DNA from: a virus
Lineage: Duplodnaviria > Caudoviricetes
IMG/VR virus record: IMGVR_UViG_3300022074_000055
Coordinates: 1 to 54,137 of that record
Strand: one strand, 5' to 3'
Length of the DNA stretch: 54,137 bases
In this document: positions 1-8,899 of the stretch, one piece after another
Layout: each line of letters begins with the position of its first letter
Position numbering within the stretch: position 1 is the first letter of the stretch
Notes under the pieces: model-generated
What the model saw: only the letters and a program-made list of their open reading frames with translations
What the model was told of the DNA's origin: nothing
Databases searched by the model: none
Translations under genes and position numbers: made by a program

Positions 1-127
1 AGCAGAACTAGCTCAATTACGAATTGATCAAGGGGGCTAATATGAACGCTCGTGAAGAGTTAACAATAAGAAGAGCTATAAAATCTGGTTCTCTTAGCCC
101 TAAACAAGAGCTTTCTGCTAGAAGAGC
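1..127. repeat. Terminal direct repeat identical to 54011-54137 (circular assembly overlap)
   Basis: Exact 127-nt match between the two ends; ORF 52308..54050 runs into it and the next gene starts there. Confidence 0.95.
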
Positions 128-2936
128 CATAAAAAACAACCCTGATGATGTATCTGATATTATAAGTCAGTTACAGCCAAGAACCGCTGGGAGAGTTGAG
201 CTTAGTGAATTACAACTTGGGTCTTCTGAAGAAAAAGGATTTGATACCCGAACAGGTGTTCGTGATGCTGGTTTAAGAGCATCTTTGTCGGCTGCAGAAA
301 CAAATCCAGAGCAAGAAGCAATCTTACAAAAGTTCGGGTTACAGTCCGAAGATTACTTGAGAGATAGCAGAGGTAGACTAGCAGTTACTCCTGAAGGTGG
401 TAAAAAGCTTGGACTAGAATTATCTGAAAATACCTTAATAGATGAAGAAGGTTTCTCCCGTTATGATTTGGCGGATATAGCTGGTATTGCTCCTGAAGTA
501 ATAGGCGGTATTGGCGGTGCTATTGCTGGTCAGATACTTATTCCTATTCCTGTTTTAGGAGCCGCTATTGGGGCTGGTTTGGGTGCTGGAGGCGGTTCTG
601 CTGTAGAAGAAGGTATCGAGGCATTGGCGGGAGTTTCTAAGCAAACTGCTGGTGAAATAGCAAAAGATGTAGCAACAGAAGCAACAATAGGTTTCCTGGC
701 TGATGCAACTTTAGGAACTTTCGGTTTAGGTTATCGGGCTCTTAGAGGTGGACAAGCAGGAAAGTCATTAACTCCTGAAGAATTAGAAGCGGCTGGCAAA
801 TCAATTGAGATGGGCATTAAACCCACACTTACCGCAATTAGGGCGCCTTCTATTGTTGGTCGTCAGCAAGCAATTATTGAAAAAATATTTGGCACATCTT
901 CTAGGCTTAAAAAGAACAATGACGTTATGCAATCTAAAATTGCTCAATTTAGGGATGCGGCAGGAGCCGCTACTGACGAAGAAGCTGGTACAGTTCTTTT
1001 GCAATCTTTAGGAAAAGAAAGCACTAGGCTAAATAAGTTAAATAGAGAAGCGCAGACTGCATTAGTAAAACAATTAGATGATTTAGCGCAGGACTTAGGC
1101 GCGGCAGCTAAAAAGAATGCTAACCTAGAGCCTGAATTATTAGATTACTTTGGTAATGCTATAAAATCTTTTGATGATAGAATGAGTGCGGTATTTTCAC
1201 CCATTGATGATGCTTTGGAAAGTACCGTTGGTTCTGCTCAAATAATACCAACTGACAGTATCAGATCAATAGCTATTAAAGCATCTGACACTTATAGACC
1301 AAATTTAGCTGGTAGAACTCCAAGCACTAGAGCGTTACAGAGTGCAATAGATATTTCTAAAACAATAGGATCAAAAACATCATTTAAGTCTCTCTATCAA
1401 ACCAGAAAAGCTTTAAATGACACTCTTGCTACAGCTACAGGAAGAGGTGAGAGAGATGTAATAAGGCAGATGATTGATGAGTCAGATAAGTTATTAAGAA
1501 GCGGAAACATTGAAAGTTATGCTTTAGCATCTGGAAATCAAATATCAGAAGAAGGGCTAAATACTTTAAGGCAGGCATCTAAATCATTGGACAATGCAAG
1601 AGGTGATTATAAATCTGGAGCAGACGCATTTGATAGAATTGAAGATGCTGGTATAATAAAAGATCTTAGAAGAAAAGTCGAAACTGGAGACAGAATAGGT
1701 TCTCAAGATATTAAACTAGATAGAATAGTAAAAAATGACAATCCAAGCACTTTAACAAGCGCGATAGAAGCTGTTTCGGAAAGTAGCGGAACTGCTGCTA
1801 ATGACTTCAGAGAATTAGTTGCGGGACAATGGCTAAGAGACGCTTTGGATAAATCTGGGATAAGTGAGATAAATAACTATAAGCCAGATACATTTAGAGG
1901 TGCTGCTTTTGCAAAGTCTATAAAAGATTTAGGCAGAACAGCAGATGTTTTATTTGGAGATACAGCACCGCAAATAAAAGCTTTAGCTAATTCGATTGAT
2001 AAAGCTTCTTTATCTAACATGAGCAAAGAAACAGTTGATAATATTATTAACGCTGGTTTAAGGCCCGTAGATACATTAAAGCAAATAGAAACCACTCAAA
2101 ATCAATTACAAAACTTTACAAAAAGCAAAGTTCTACGAGACTTAGCTAGAGGGGATATGAATCCTGTTGAAGCATCTGAACTTATATCTAATAAAAGAAC
2201 AAGCGCTTCGGACATAAAAAAAATTATGAATGCGTTTGATAGTGCAGGAGATGAAGCCGCTAAACAAACGGTTAGAGGCAACTTCATGCAAAATCTTATT
2301 GCTGACTTTGGTGATAGCTTAACAACAGACGCGAAAGCTTTAAAAGGATTTGCAAATAGACTTATAGAAGCTGATGAAGGCGGCAAACTAAAAGCTTTGT
2401 TCGGGGAAGAAATGGGCAAAGATATGGCAGAGTTTGCTAAAATACTTTCTTTCAACTCAAGAACAGCGGCTGGTGGTGATTTGGTTGCAGCTAATATAGC
2501 TGCTAGTCCTTTGCAAAACTTAGGAGCTTTAGTGAAATTTAGCGTATTAGCTAAGTTCTTGGCTTCTGCTCCTTATTATGAAACAGTATTAAAACAGTAC
2601 AAAAAACAAGCTTCTGGAGAAAGCGCACAAGAAAAGGCGAACATTTTAGGAAGAATATTAGCAAGTTCTTTCTCTCAAGTTCCAGCGCAACTCGCTCAAT
2701 CTGGATTTCAAGAAGGTGAAAGACAAATAAGATACGCAATAGAAAATTCTCAAATTGGACAAGAGTTATCAAATCTATCGCAGCAGATACAACCCCCGAA
2801 CATAAGTTCGGGTTTGGCCCAGGTTTCTCCCGTACCAGCAGCGGCACCTCCTGGGGGATTAAGACAAAGAGCTAAAACAGACCCCGGAGTAGCACAGGCA
2901 TTAGGTATCCAAGGATCAACAGCGGGATTATTGTAA
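42..2936 (+). CDS. Large internal virion / DNA ejection protein
   Basis: About 964 aa, helical, with a Gly/Ala-rich hydrophobic hairpin (GGIGGAIAGQILIPIPVLGAAIGAGLG); last gene of the ejection-type cluster; ATG at 42 follows the upstream TAA at 38-40. Confidence 0.6.
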   Translation: MNAREELTIRRAIKSGSLSPKQELSARRAIKNNPDDVSDIISQLQPRTAGRVELSELQLGSSEEKGFDTRTGVRDAGLRASLSAAETNPEQEAILQKFGLQSEDYLRDSRGRLAVTPEGGKKLGLELSENTLIDEEGFSRYDLADIAGIAPEVIGGIGGAIAGQILIPIPVLGAAIGAGLGAGGGSAVEEGIEALAGVSKQTAGEIAKDVATEATIGFLADATLGTFGLGYRALRGGQAGKSLTPEELEAAGKSIEMGIKPTLTAIRAPSIVGRQQAIIEKIFGTSSRLKKNNDVMQSKIAQFRDAAGAATDEEAGTVLLQSLGKESTRLNKLNREAQTALVKQLDDLAQDLGAAAKKNANLEPELLDYFGNAIKSFDDRMSAVFSPIDDALESTVGSAQIIPTDSIRSIAIKASDTYRPNLAGRTPSTRALQSAIDISKTIGSKTSFKSLYQTRKALNDTLATATGRGERDVIRQMIDESDKLLRSGNIESYALASGNQISEEGLNTLRQASKSLDNARGDYKSGADAFDRIEDAGIIKDLRRKVETGDRIGSQDIKLDRIVKNDNPSTLTSAIEAVSESSGTAANDFRELVAGQWLRDALDKSGISEINNYKPDTFRGAAFAKSIKDLGRTADVLFGDTAPQIKALANSIDKASLSNMSKETVDNIINAGLRPVDTLKQIETTQNQLQNFTKSKVLRDLARGDMNPVEASELISNKRTSASDIKKIMNAFDSAGDEAAKQTVRGNFMQNLIADFGDSLTTDAKALKGFANRLIEADEGGKLKALFGEEMGKDMAEFAKILSFNSRTAAGGDLVAANIAASPLQNLGALVKFSVLAKFLASAPYYETVLKQYKKQASGESAQEKANILGRILASSFSQVPAQLAQSGFQEGERQIRYAIENSQIGQELSNLSQQIQPPNISSGLAQVSPVPAAAPPGGLRQRAKTDPGVAQALGIQGSTAGLL

Positions 2937-3379
2937 TGAACATAGACAAGTTAAGAGAAGAATTAGCTTCTGATGAAGGCTGTAAGTACGAGGTATATCT
3001 GGATCATTTAGGATTACCCACGTTTGGAATAGGGCATTTAATTACTAAAGATGACCCAGAGTACGGTAAGGATGTTGGCTCAGTAGTCGAGCAGAGCCGT
3101 GTTCAATCTGCGTTTAACCTAGACATTACAGTTACGCTCGAAGACTGCCAGAGACTCTACAAAGACTTTAATGACCTACCCGAAGAAGTGCAGTTAATCA
3201 TAGCTAACATGATGTTTAACCTCGGATATCCGCGTTTATCTAAGTTCAAGGGTATGAAGGCTAACGTAGATGCAAGAGATTGGTCAGGGGCAGCCAATGA
3301 AATGGTAGATTCAAAGTGGTACACACAAGTGCCAAATAGAGCCCGTAGATTAGTAGATCGAATGCGTTCTTGCGATTAA
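2936..3379 (+). CDS. Endolysin, T4-type lysozyme (GH24)
   Basis: Catalytic E-x8-D-x5-T pattern (DEGCKYEVYLDHLGLPTFGIGH); MFNLG and SKWYTQVPNRARR motifs. Confidence 0.9.
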   Translation: MNIDKLREELASDEGCKYEVYLDHLGLPTFGIGHLITKDDPEYGKDVGSVVEQSRVQSAFNLDITVTLEDCQRLYKDFNDLPEEVQLIIANMMFNLGYPRLSKFKGMKANVDARDWSGAANEMVDSKWYTQVPNRARRLVDRMRSCD

Positions 3380-3546
3380 GATACTAAACCAAGGCCACCT
3401 TTGCTCTTTTTGTCACCATACTTTTCAATGTGATATTCATCAATAAGCTTTGCTAATTGCTGCCGAATGTTTCGATGTTCGTCTTCTGAAATTTGCTTTA
3501 TCTTATGATAAGTGTTTATATCTATACCCACAGATTTAAATTGCAT
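3376..3546 (-). CDS. Small ribbon-helix-helix-like regulator (only plausible minus-strand gene)
   Basis: MQFKSVGIDINTYHKIKQISEDEHRNIRQQLAKLIDEY has a beta-helix-helix pattern; GAGGT SD upstream of the ATG at 3546. Confidence 0.55.
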   Translation of the reverse strand: MQFKSVGIDINTYHKIKQISEDEHRNIRQQLAKLIDEYHIEKYGDKKSKGGLGLVS

Positions 3547-3575
3547 AACATACCTCATGGTTAAAAGGACATATA

Positions 3576-3935
3576 ATGCCATATAATAACATACCTTATG
3601 GAAGACGCAACAAATTCCGCGCAAAGAAGACAGAGTTTATGGGCATGATGTTTGACTCAAAATGGGAAGCGGAGAGATATGCACAGCTATATAAGCTTTC
3701 TCAAGCTGGAGAAATACAAGAATTAGAACGGCAAATAAGATTTAATATTGTCGTTAATGATCAAAAAATATGTGCATATGTAGCAGACTTCACATATTAT
3801 GAGCGCGATGAAAATAGCGAAAAAAAGTTCGTAGTTGAAGACGCAAAAGGCGTAGAAACCCCAGAGTTTAAGCTAAAAAAGAAACTAATGTTAGCAGCAA
3901 ATAACATAGATATACGAATCTCTAAAAAAAAATAG
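3576..3935 (+). CDS. DUF1064-like PD-(D/E)XK nuclease
   Basis: NKFRAKKT..FDSKWEA..Y, YVADF.Y, VVEDAKG, F.LKKKL motifs. Confidence 0.8.
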   Translation: MPYNNIPYGRRNKFRAKKTEFMGMMFDSKWEAERYAQLYKLSQAGEIQELERQIRFNIVVNDQKICAYVADFTYYERDENSEKKFVVEDAKGVETPEFKLKKKLMLAANNIDIRISKKK

Positions 3936-3964
3936 TTGACAGTGTGAAATACATTTCCTATTCT
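3936..3964 (+). promoter_or_regulatory. Sigma70-type promoter with GAAA-N4-TTTC operator in the spacer
   Basis: TTGACA-17nt-TATTCT; spacer contains TGAAATACATTTC. Confidence 0.75.
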
Positions 3965-3994
3965 GGTGAAACCAATTACCAATAGGAGGTTCAA

Positions 3995-4441
3995 ATGAAC
4001 TTAGTGCAAACTGAGTCTCTTTTGTCTTCTGCAACAACAGCCGAACTACAAATGCTTCTTATTGAAGCCAAGGATGAATTGCAGAAAACTCAAGAGAGAA
4101 TAAAGGCAATCAATAACCAAATCACAACTAGATACCAAGATGCAGCTAAAGAAAAGCTTAATCAACAAGGTAAAGATTTTGGTTCTACAACTTTATATGA
4201 GGGCAATCTTAAAATCCAATTTGACTTTAAAAAGAAAGTTGAATGGGATCAGGATAAACTTGTCACCATATTAAACACATTAGACACAGAAACAGCCAAG
4301 CATTACGCGAATGCTAAATATACAATACCAGAAGCAAAATATACTAATGCTCCGCCAGAAATAAAAGGTGTGCTTAGTGAGGCTCGTACTGTTTCTTTAC
4401 AAGGTGTATCAGCAAATATTGAGGAGAATAATAATGCTTAA
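3995..4441 (+). CDS. Hypothetical protein of the recombination module (coiled-coil N-terminus)
   Basis: AGGAGG SD; precedes the AAA_24 ATPase. Confidence 0.7.
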   Translation: MNLVQTESLLSSATTAELQMLLIEAKDELQKTQERIKAINNQITTRYQDAAKEKLNQQGKDFGSTTLYEGNLKIQFDFKKKVEWDQDKLVTILNTLDTETAKHYANAKYTIPEAKYTNAPPEIKGVLSEARTVSLQGVSANIEENNNA

Positions 4442-5303
4442 AATTATTAGTGCTGAAGACCGTTTAAAAGAAAAGCGCGGTCATAAAATTGTTGTGTGTG
4501 GCAAATCTGGCGTGGGTAAAACTACCCTCGTCAGAACGCTAGATACACAGAAAACTCTGTTCATGGACTTGGAGGCGGGAGATGCCGCGATTGAGGGTGT
4601 AGCGGTAGATGTAATTCGCCCAAGAACATGGACAGAGTGTCGTGATTTCGCATGTCTATTAGGTGGTCCTAATCCATCTTTGTCTGATGATATGTGTTAC
4701 TCACAGGCACACTATGATTTAGTTTGCCAAACATACGGAGATCCTTCTACCTTTCTTTCAAAATACGATACTATATTTGTTGATAGCATAACAGTAGCTG
4801 GTCGATTATGTTGGCTATATTGTCAAAATTCATCTGACAATAAGTCAGACAGAACAGGCAAAATAGATATTCGTAATGCTTATGGTATGCAAGGAAGAGA
4901 GATGATGGGTTGGTTAACTCACTTGCAACACATTCGAGATAAGAATGTAATCTTTGTTGGTATACTTGATACTAAAGTTGATGACTACGGTAGAGAGACA
5001 TTTGAGTTACAAATAGAAGGCTCTAAAACTGGCAGAGAACTCCCAGGAATTGTTGACGAAGTTATTACGATGGCAGTTATGAACACTGATGAAGGTGCGC
5101 CATATCGAGCATTTGTATGTCAAACACTTAACCCTTGGAACTATCCTGCCAAAGATAGGAGTGGTTTACTTGAACTGGTTGAAGAACCTAATCTTGGTAA
5201 ACTTCTTGAAAAAATGAGTGGTGTTGTGCAAGATAAACCACTCGAATTCGTTAATCCAAATCAAATGACACAAACACAAGCAGAAGGAGTTACAAATGCT
5301 TAA
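4434..5303 (+). CDS. AAA_24 / Sak4-like ATPase (single-strand annealing type)
   Basis: Walker A GKSGVGKT, DLEAG, Walker B IFVDSIT, PAKDRSG; GAGGAG SD before the ATG at 4434. Confidence 0.85.
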   Translation: MLKIISAEDRLKEKRGHKIVVCGKSGVGKTTLVRTLDTQKTLFMDLEAGDAAIEGVAVDVIRPRTWTECRDFACLLGGPNPSLSDDMCYSQAHYDLVCQTYGDPSTFLSKYDTIFVDSITVAGRLCWLYCQNSSDNKSDRTGKIDIRNAYGMQGREMMGWLTHLQHIRDKNVIFVGILDTKVDDYGRETFELQIEGSKTGRELPGIVDEVITMAVMNTDEGAPYRAFVCQTLNPWNYPAKDRSGLLELVEEPNLGKLLEKMSGVVQDKPLEFVNPNQMTQTQAEGVTNA

Positions 5304-5943
5304 TTTAAATGAAGTCGTTTTAGAAGAGTCAAACACATCCAATGATTTACAGCCTATTCCAGATGGTACAGTTGTAAGGGCTATTATTAACTTTACTGGT
5401 GGCGATGAAGTCATCCAAGAGTTTAGTCAGTTGTCTATGTTTAAAAAATCACAAACAACTAGCGCAATTTATTGCCCCATAGAGTTTACTGTTATGGGTG
5501 GTGAGTTTGATAAAAGGCGAGTGTGGCACAACTTGTTCGTTCATGGTGATAAGATGGGCAACAATGGTATCCCAGTTGCTCGTGAAATCGGCATGAGAAC
5601 GCTTAGAAACATGGTTGATAGTGCGTATAACCTTAACCCTAATGATCAGTCAGCAGAGGCTGTGGGTAAGCGTAATATCATGGCTATAGAAGCATTGCAG
5701 GGGCAAGAGATTTGTTTTGTTGTTGCAGTCGAAAAAGGAACTAATGGTTATAAAGATAAGAACAAAGTAAAAATTGTTCTGACTCCAAAAGATAATAACT
5801 TTATTGGTTCTAACAATGGAACAGTGCCTGTTAATGGCACTGTCAATATGAATGCATTACCACAAAATGTGGCAAATGCAATGCAAGCACAAATGCCAGC
5901 CCAACCACAAAACTCTGGTGTTACACCACAGTGGGCTAAGTAA
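5296..5943 (+). CDS. Putative ssDNA-binding protein (DUF669-like)
   Basis: Follows the Sak4-like ATPase; PIPDG start, EFTV..GEF..RRVW, low-complexity tail ending PQWAK. Confidence 0.6.
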   Translation: MLNLNEVVLEESNTSNDLQPIPDGTVVRAIINFTGGDEVIQEFSQLSMFKKSQTTSAIYCPIEFTVMGGEFDKRRVWHNLFVHGDKMGNNGIPVAREIGMRTLRNMVDSAYNLNPNDQSAEAVGKRNIMAIEALQGQEICFVVAVEKGTNGYKDKNKVKIVLTPKDNNFIGSNNGTVPVNGTVNMNALPQNVANAMQAQMPAQPQNSGVTPQWAK

Positions 5944-5960
5944 TATGGATTCTATTTCTA

Positions 5961-6030
5961 GCGGTGCCTATTGGTATTGGTAGAACTCGCTTGGGGAGTG
6001 CGAGTGCCGCAAAACTCCCCAACACACACA
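5961..6030 (+). ncRNA. Candidate pseudoknotted cis-regulatory RNA
   Basis: ACTCGC/GCGAGT stem whose loop TTGGGGAGT is complementary to downstream ACTCCCCAA; outer GCGGT/GCCGC stem. Confidence 0.4.
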
Positions 6031-6042
6031 AGGGAGAAAAAA

Positions 6043-6252
6043 ATGAGTAATGGAAATTTTGATGATTATTATAAACAGCTTGAAGGTTTTAAGATTCATA
6101 AATATTTAGGCATGGATGATAATGACACAGGTGGAGATGGGTTCGCTCAATTTCATTTAAAAAAACCAAACTATAAAGATATTATGATTGAAGTATCACG
6201 CGACCCAGAGGGTAATGGCGGTGGCTTTTTGTTTATATCGGACGTAAAATAA
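6043..6252 (+). CDS. Hypothetical protein
   Basis: GGGAG SD before the ATG at 6043; abuts the MTase start. Confidence 0.7.
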   Translation: MSNGNFDDYYKQLEGFKIHKYLGMDDNDTGGDGFAQFHLKKPNYKDIMIEVSRDPEGNGGGFLFISDVK

Positions 6253-7272
6253 ATGTTAAGGCATGTTGATTTATGTTCTGGCATTGGTGGATTTAGCCTT
6301 GGCTTTGAATGGGCAGGATTATCTAAACCAGTTTTATTTTGCGATATAGAACCTTGGTCGCGTAAGATTTTAAATAAGCACTGGCCTGATGTGCCAATTG
6401 CAGAAGACGTAAAGGAGTTAGCCAATGACCCAGCAAGACTTGTTCCAGAATGTGACATATTATCCTGTGGATATCCCTGTCAGCCATTCTCAGTCGCAGG
6501 ATCTCAAAAAGGAGAAGCGGACCCTAGACACATCTGGCCTTACATCTTTAAAATTATTGCACAAAGACGACCCACTTGGGTCGTTTGCGAAAATGTTTAT
6601 GGTCACATCAGATTGGGGCTCGACAAAGTGCTTACTGACTTGGAAACCGAAGGCTACACCACAAGGACGTTTATTGTTCCAGCTTGCAGCATCAACGCGC
6701 CCCATAAAAGAGATAGACTCTGGATTTTGGGCTACACCAAACACAATGGATCATCTCCCACAGAGGTCAAAGCAGTCTCTGATAAGACAGGCGAACACGA
6801 CTCGCAAGGGCAGAACCAAACCAGCGAATTTAAGGGAACAAGTAGACCCAGAAGTAGTAAAGATGTGGCCTACACCCAGAGCAAGCGACATAGAGGGGGG
6901 AATCCCACAGGGGATAGAACTCAAGAACGGATCCTTCAGTCGGAAGAATCAGAAGGGCGAGAGATGGGGAGTGAAGCTGAAGGACGCAGTGAGTCATTCA
7001 GAGAAGATGTGGCCTACTCCGACAACCAGAGATCACAAAGGCGGATATCAGGGTGGGAGAGTGCGGAATGGGAAGATCAGCAACGATACACTGGACGTAG
7101 CAGTCCAATACACGGACAATCAATCAAAGACTGGTGGTCAGTTGAGCCCAATTTTTGTCGAGTGGCTCATGGGGTACCCAATAGGGTGGACAGAATTAAA
7201 GGATTAGGCAACGCAATTGTGCCGCAAATCGCAATGCAAATTGGATTAACAATAAAAAAAATGGGAGTTTAA
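6253..7272 (+). CDS. DNA (cytosine-5)-methyltransferase, large (alpha-like) polypeptide
   Basis: Motif I DLCSGIGG, IV GYPCQPFS, VI ENV, VIII HKRDRLWI, X GLGNAIVPQIA; no typical motif IX in this frame. Confidence 0.9.
   Translation: MLRHVDLCSGIGGFSLGFEWAGLSKPVLFCDIEPWSRKILNKHWPDVPIAEDVKELANDPARLVPECDILSCGYPCQPFSVAGSQKGEADPRHIWPYIFKIIAQRRPTWVVCENVYGHIRLGLDKVLTDLETEGYTTRTFIVPACSINAPHKRDRLWILGYTKHNGSSPTEVKAVSDKTGEHDSQGQNQTSEFKGTSRPRSSKDVAYTQSKRHRGGNPTGDRTQERILQSEESEGREMGSEAEGRSESFREDVAYSDNQRSQRRISGWESAEWEDQQRYTGRSSPIHGQSIKDWWSVEPNFCRVAHGVPNRVDRIKGLGNAIVPQIAMQIGLTIKKMGV
6425..7207 (+). CDS. Nested alternative-frame MTase small (beta-like) subunit carrying motif IX and WxTP repeats
   Basis: AAGGAG SD at 6412-6417; 260-aa open frame; ends LSPIFVEWLMGYPIGWTEL (motif IX-like). 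Confidence 0.7.
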   Translation: MTQQDLFQNVTYYPVDIPVSHSQSQDLKKEKRTLDTSGLTSLKLLHKDDPLGSFAKMFMVTSDWGSTKCLLTWKPKATPQGRLLFQLAASTRPIKEIDSGFWATPNTMDHLPQRSKQSLIRQANTTRKGRTKPANLREQVDPEVVKMWPTPRASDIEGGIPQGIELKNGSFSRKNQKGERWGVKLKDAVSHSEKMWPTPTTRDHKGGYQGGRVRNGKISNDTLDVAVQYTDNQSKTGGQLSPIFVEWLMGYPIGWTELKD

Positions 7273-7273
7273 T

Positions 7274-7360
7274 ATGGATTTTTTAAATACCGTTAATTTA
7301 GTTGGTGTAGGTTATTTAATTTTTTTATTTTTATTTATTTTATATGTATGGAGGAGTTAA
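7274..7360 (+). CDS. 28-aa single-pass membrane peptide (not in ORF track)
   Basis: MDFLNTVNLVGVGYLIFLFLFILYVWRS; GGGAG upstream; TAATG overlap with the next gene. Confidence 0.5.
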   Translation: MDFLNTVNLVGVGYLIFLFLFILYVWRS

Positions 7361-7551
7361 TGCCAATTTATAATCAGTATAGAGATTGGGGAGATGCAAA
7401 AAACAAAGCTAGAATAAAAAGTTCTAATGATGCTTTGCATGACTTAGCTGATGATAATTCATTCGTTGACGTAAAGATAAAAGAAGACAACACAACTGGA
7501 ACGATTAGAAGAGAAAATCACTTAAACAGTGTTTTGTCCAATAATCTATAG
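7360..7551 (+). CDS. Hypothetical protein
   Basis: GGAGGAG SD before the ATG at 7360. Confidence 0.6.
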   Translation: MPIYNQYRDWGDAKNKARIKSSNDALHDLADDNSFVDVKIKEDNTTGTIRRENHLNSVLSNNL

Positions 7552-7576
7552 TTGATAAAAATAGGTTTTAATTAAA

Positions 7577-7885
7577 ATGGGCAGTTGTGAAGTTAAAGTA
7601 AAATTAGAATTTACAGACGAAACAGAAGAAATACTTGGAGGGCAAGTTTTTATAAAAAACCCATTTGATACTGATGATGTGTTTGATGAAATTATGAAAC
7701 TTATTGATCATTTTAAAAGACTTCATTTAGACATTTGGGAATTTAATAAAGACTTTGAGTCCATATCTGCTCACATCACAATTGGCGAAGATCAAACAAT
7801 GGTAATGGAATTGTATAAAAGAAATGGCTTTGAAGAGGAAGATTTATGCAGAGTGATAATACCAGACAATCAGACAATGCATTAA
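7577..7885 (+). CDS. Hypothetical acidic protein
   Basis: ORF in operon context. Confidence 0.6.
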   Translation: MGSCEVKVKLEFTDETEEILGGQVFIKNPFDTDDVFDEIMKLIDHFKRLHLDIWEFNKDFESISAHITIGEDQTMVMELYKRNGFEEEDLCRVIIPDNQTMH

Positions 7886-8091
7886 AAGAAGTGGCAAAAA
7901 TTTTTGAAACAATAGGTTGGGAAAAAAGACTGTGCGATTTAAGCAAAGAACAGGTTCTTGGAACAATAGCTAAAATACAGTCAATGAAGGGCTTAGAAGA
8001 TGAGTATACAGAACAAGGAGTATTGGAGTTACAACAAGAAGTCGAAGACAAGCTTCGTGACTTCTCCGATGACGACTACATACCATTTTGA
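7846..8091 (+). CDS. Hypothetical protein (possibly DUF6511-like)
   Basis: IGWEKRLCDLSKEQVLG..., ends DDYIPF; directly precedes the PD-(D/E)XK nuclease. Confidence 0.55.
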   Translation: MQSDNTRQSDNALKEVAKIFETIGWEKRLCDLSKEQVLGTIAKIQSMKGLEDEYTEQGVLELQQEVEDKLRDFSDDDYIPF

Positions 8092-8788
8092 TCTGATTAA
8101 ACAAATAGCCGAACATATTGATCAGGGAATTGTTCAGGAAAATAACAAGAGAACTCCCAGAACATATATAGGAGGCTCCTCTCTTGGAAATGATTGCGCT
8201 CGTCAAGTCCAATACCGCTATATGCAAACTAAAAAAGATGAGGACTTTCAAGCCAGAACTCTTAGAATATTTGAATTCGGGCATCATATCGAGGATATGA
8301 TTGCTGGTTATTTAAAGAACGCTGGATTTGATTTAAGAACACATAGCACCAAAGGCGAACAATTTGGTTTCTCGGTAGCTGATGACCAGATTAAAGGTCA
8401 TATAGACGGTGTTATATGTGGAGGCCCTGTCAAGATGGACTATCCCTTCTTATGGGAATGTAAATCAGCTAACAGCAAAAAGTTTGGGGAATTTGTCCGT
8501 AAAGGCGTTACACAGGCTAACCCAACTTATGCAGCGCAATTAGCGCTTTATCAAACATACATGGATTTAATGGACTACCCAGCGCTATTTACCGTTATGA
8601 ATAAAGATACTTCAGAACTTTATTATGAGTTTGTTCCGTTCAACGCAGAACTAGCGCAAAAAATAAGCGACAGAGGAGTAGAAATAATAAAAGCCACAAG
8701 AGCAAATGAAATGCTACCTCGCATTGCAAATGAGCCAGATTATTTTACTTGCAAATTTTGTGACTATCGTAATACTTGTTGGACATAG
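8000..8788 (+). CDS. Cas4-like PD-(D/E)XK exonuclease with probable Fe-S cysteines (start may be 8069)
   Basis: YIGGSSLG.DC.RQ, GHIDG, LWECKS, Y.AQLALY, CKFCDYRNTC. Confidence 0.85.
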   Translation: MSIQNKEYWSYNKKSKTSFVTSPMTTTYHFDLIKQIAEHIDQGIVQENNKRTPRTYIGGSSLGNDCARQVQYRYMQTKKDEDFQARTLRIFEFGHHIEDMIAGYLKNAGFDLRTHSTKGEQFGFSVADDQIKGHIDGVICGGPVKMDYPFLWECKSANSKKFGEFVRKGVTQANPTYAAQLALYQTYMDLMDYPALFTVMNKDTSELYYEFVPFNAELAQKISDRGVEIIKATRANEMLPRIANEPDYFTCKFCDYRNTCWT

Positions 8789-8822
8789 AAAAAAGACGGC
8801 ACAGGAGAGTGCCGCCTTTTTT
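8789..8822 (+). terminator. Intrinsic terminator-like hairpin (possibly bidirectional)
   Basis: AAAAAAGACGGCAC-loop-GTGCCGCCTTTTTT. Confidence 0.6.
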
Positions 8823-8899
8823 ACACACACAACGCATTTAGAAAGGACAAGATAAATGCATATAAGGACAAATGAAGAAAACCTTACAGGTACAATATA

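Noticed and set aside
1-127. 127-bp terminal repeat as a biological direct terminal repeat
   Set aside because: The length equals a common assembler k-mer and it falls across coding sequence; it is best read as a circularisation overlap
8000-8788. Cas4 as evidence of a CRISPR-Cas system
   Set aside because: Stand-alone Cas4-like nucleases are common in phage recombination modules; no other cas genes or array are present
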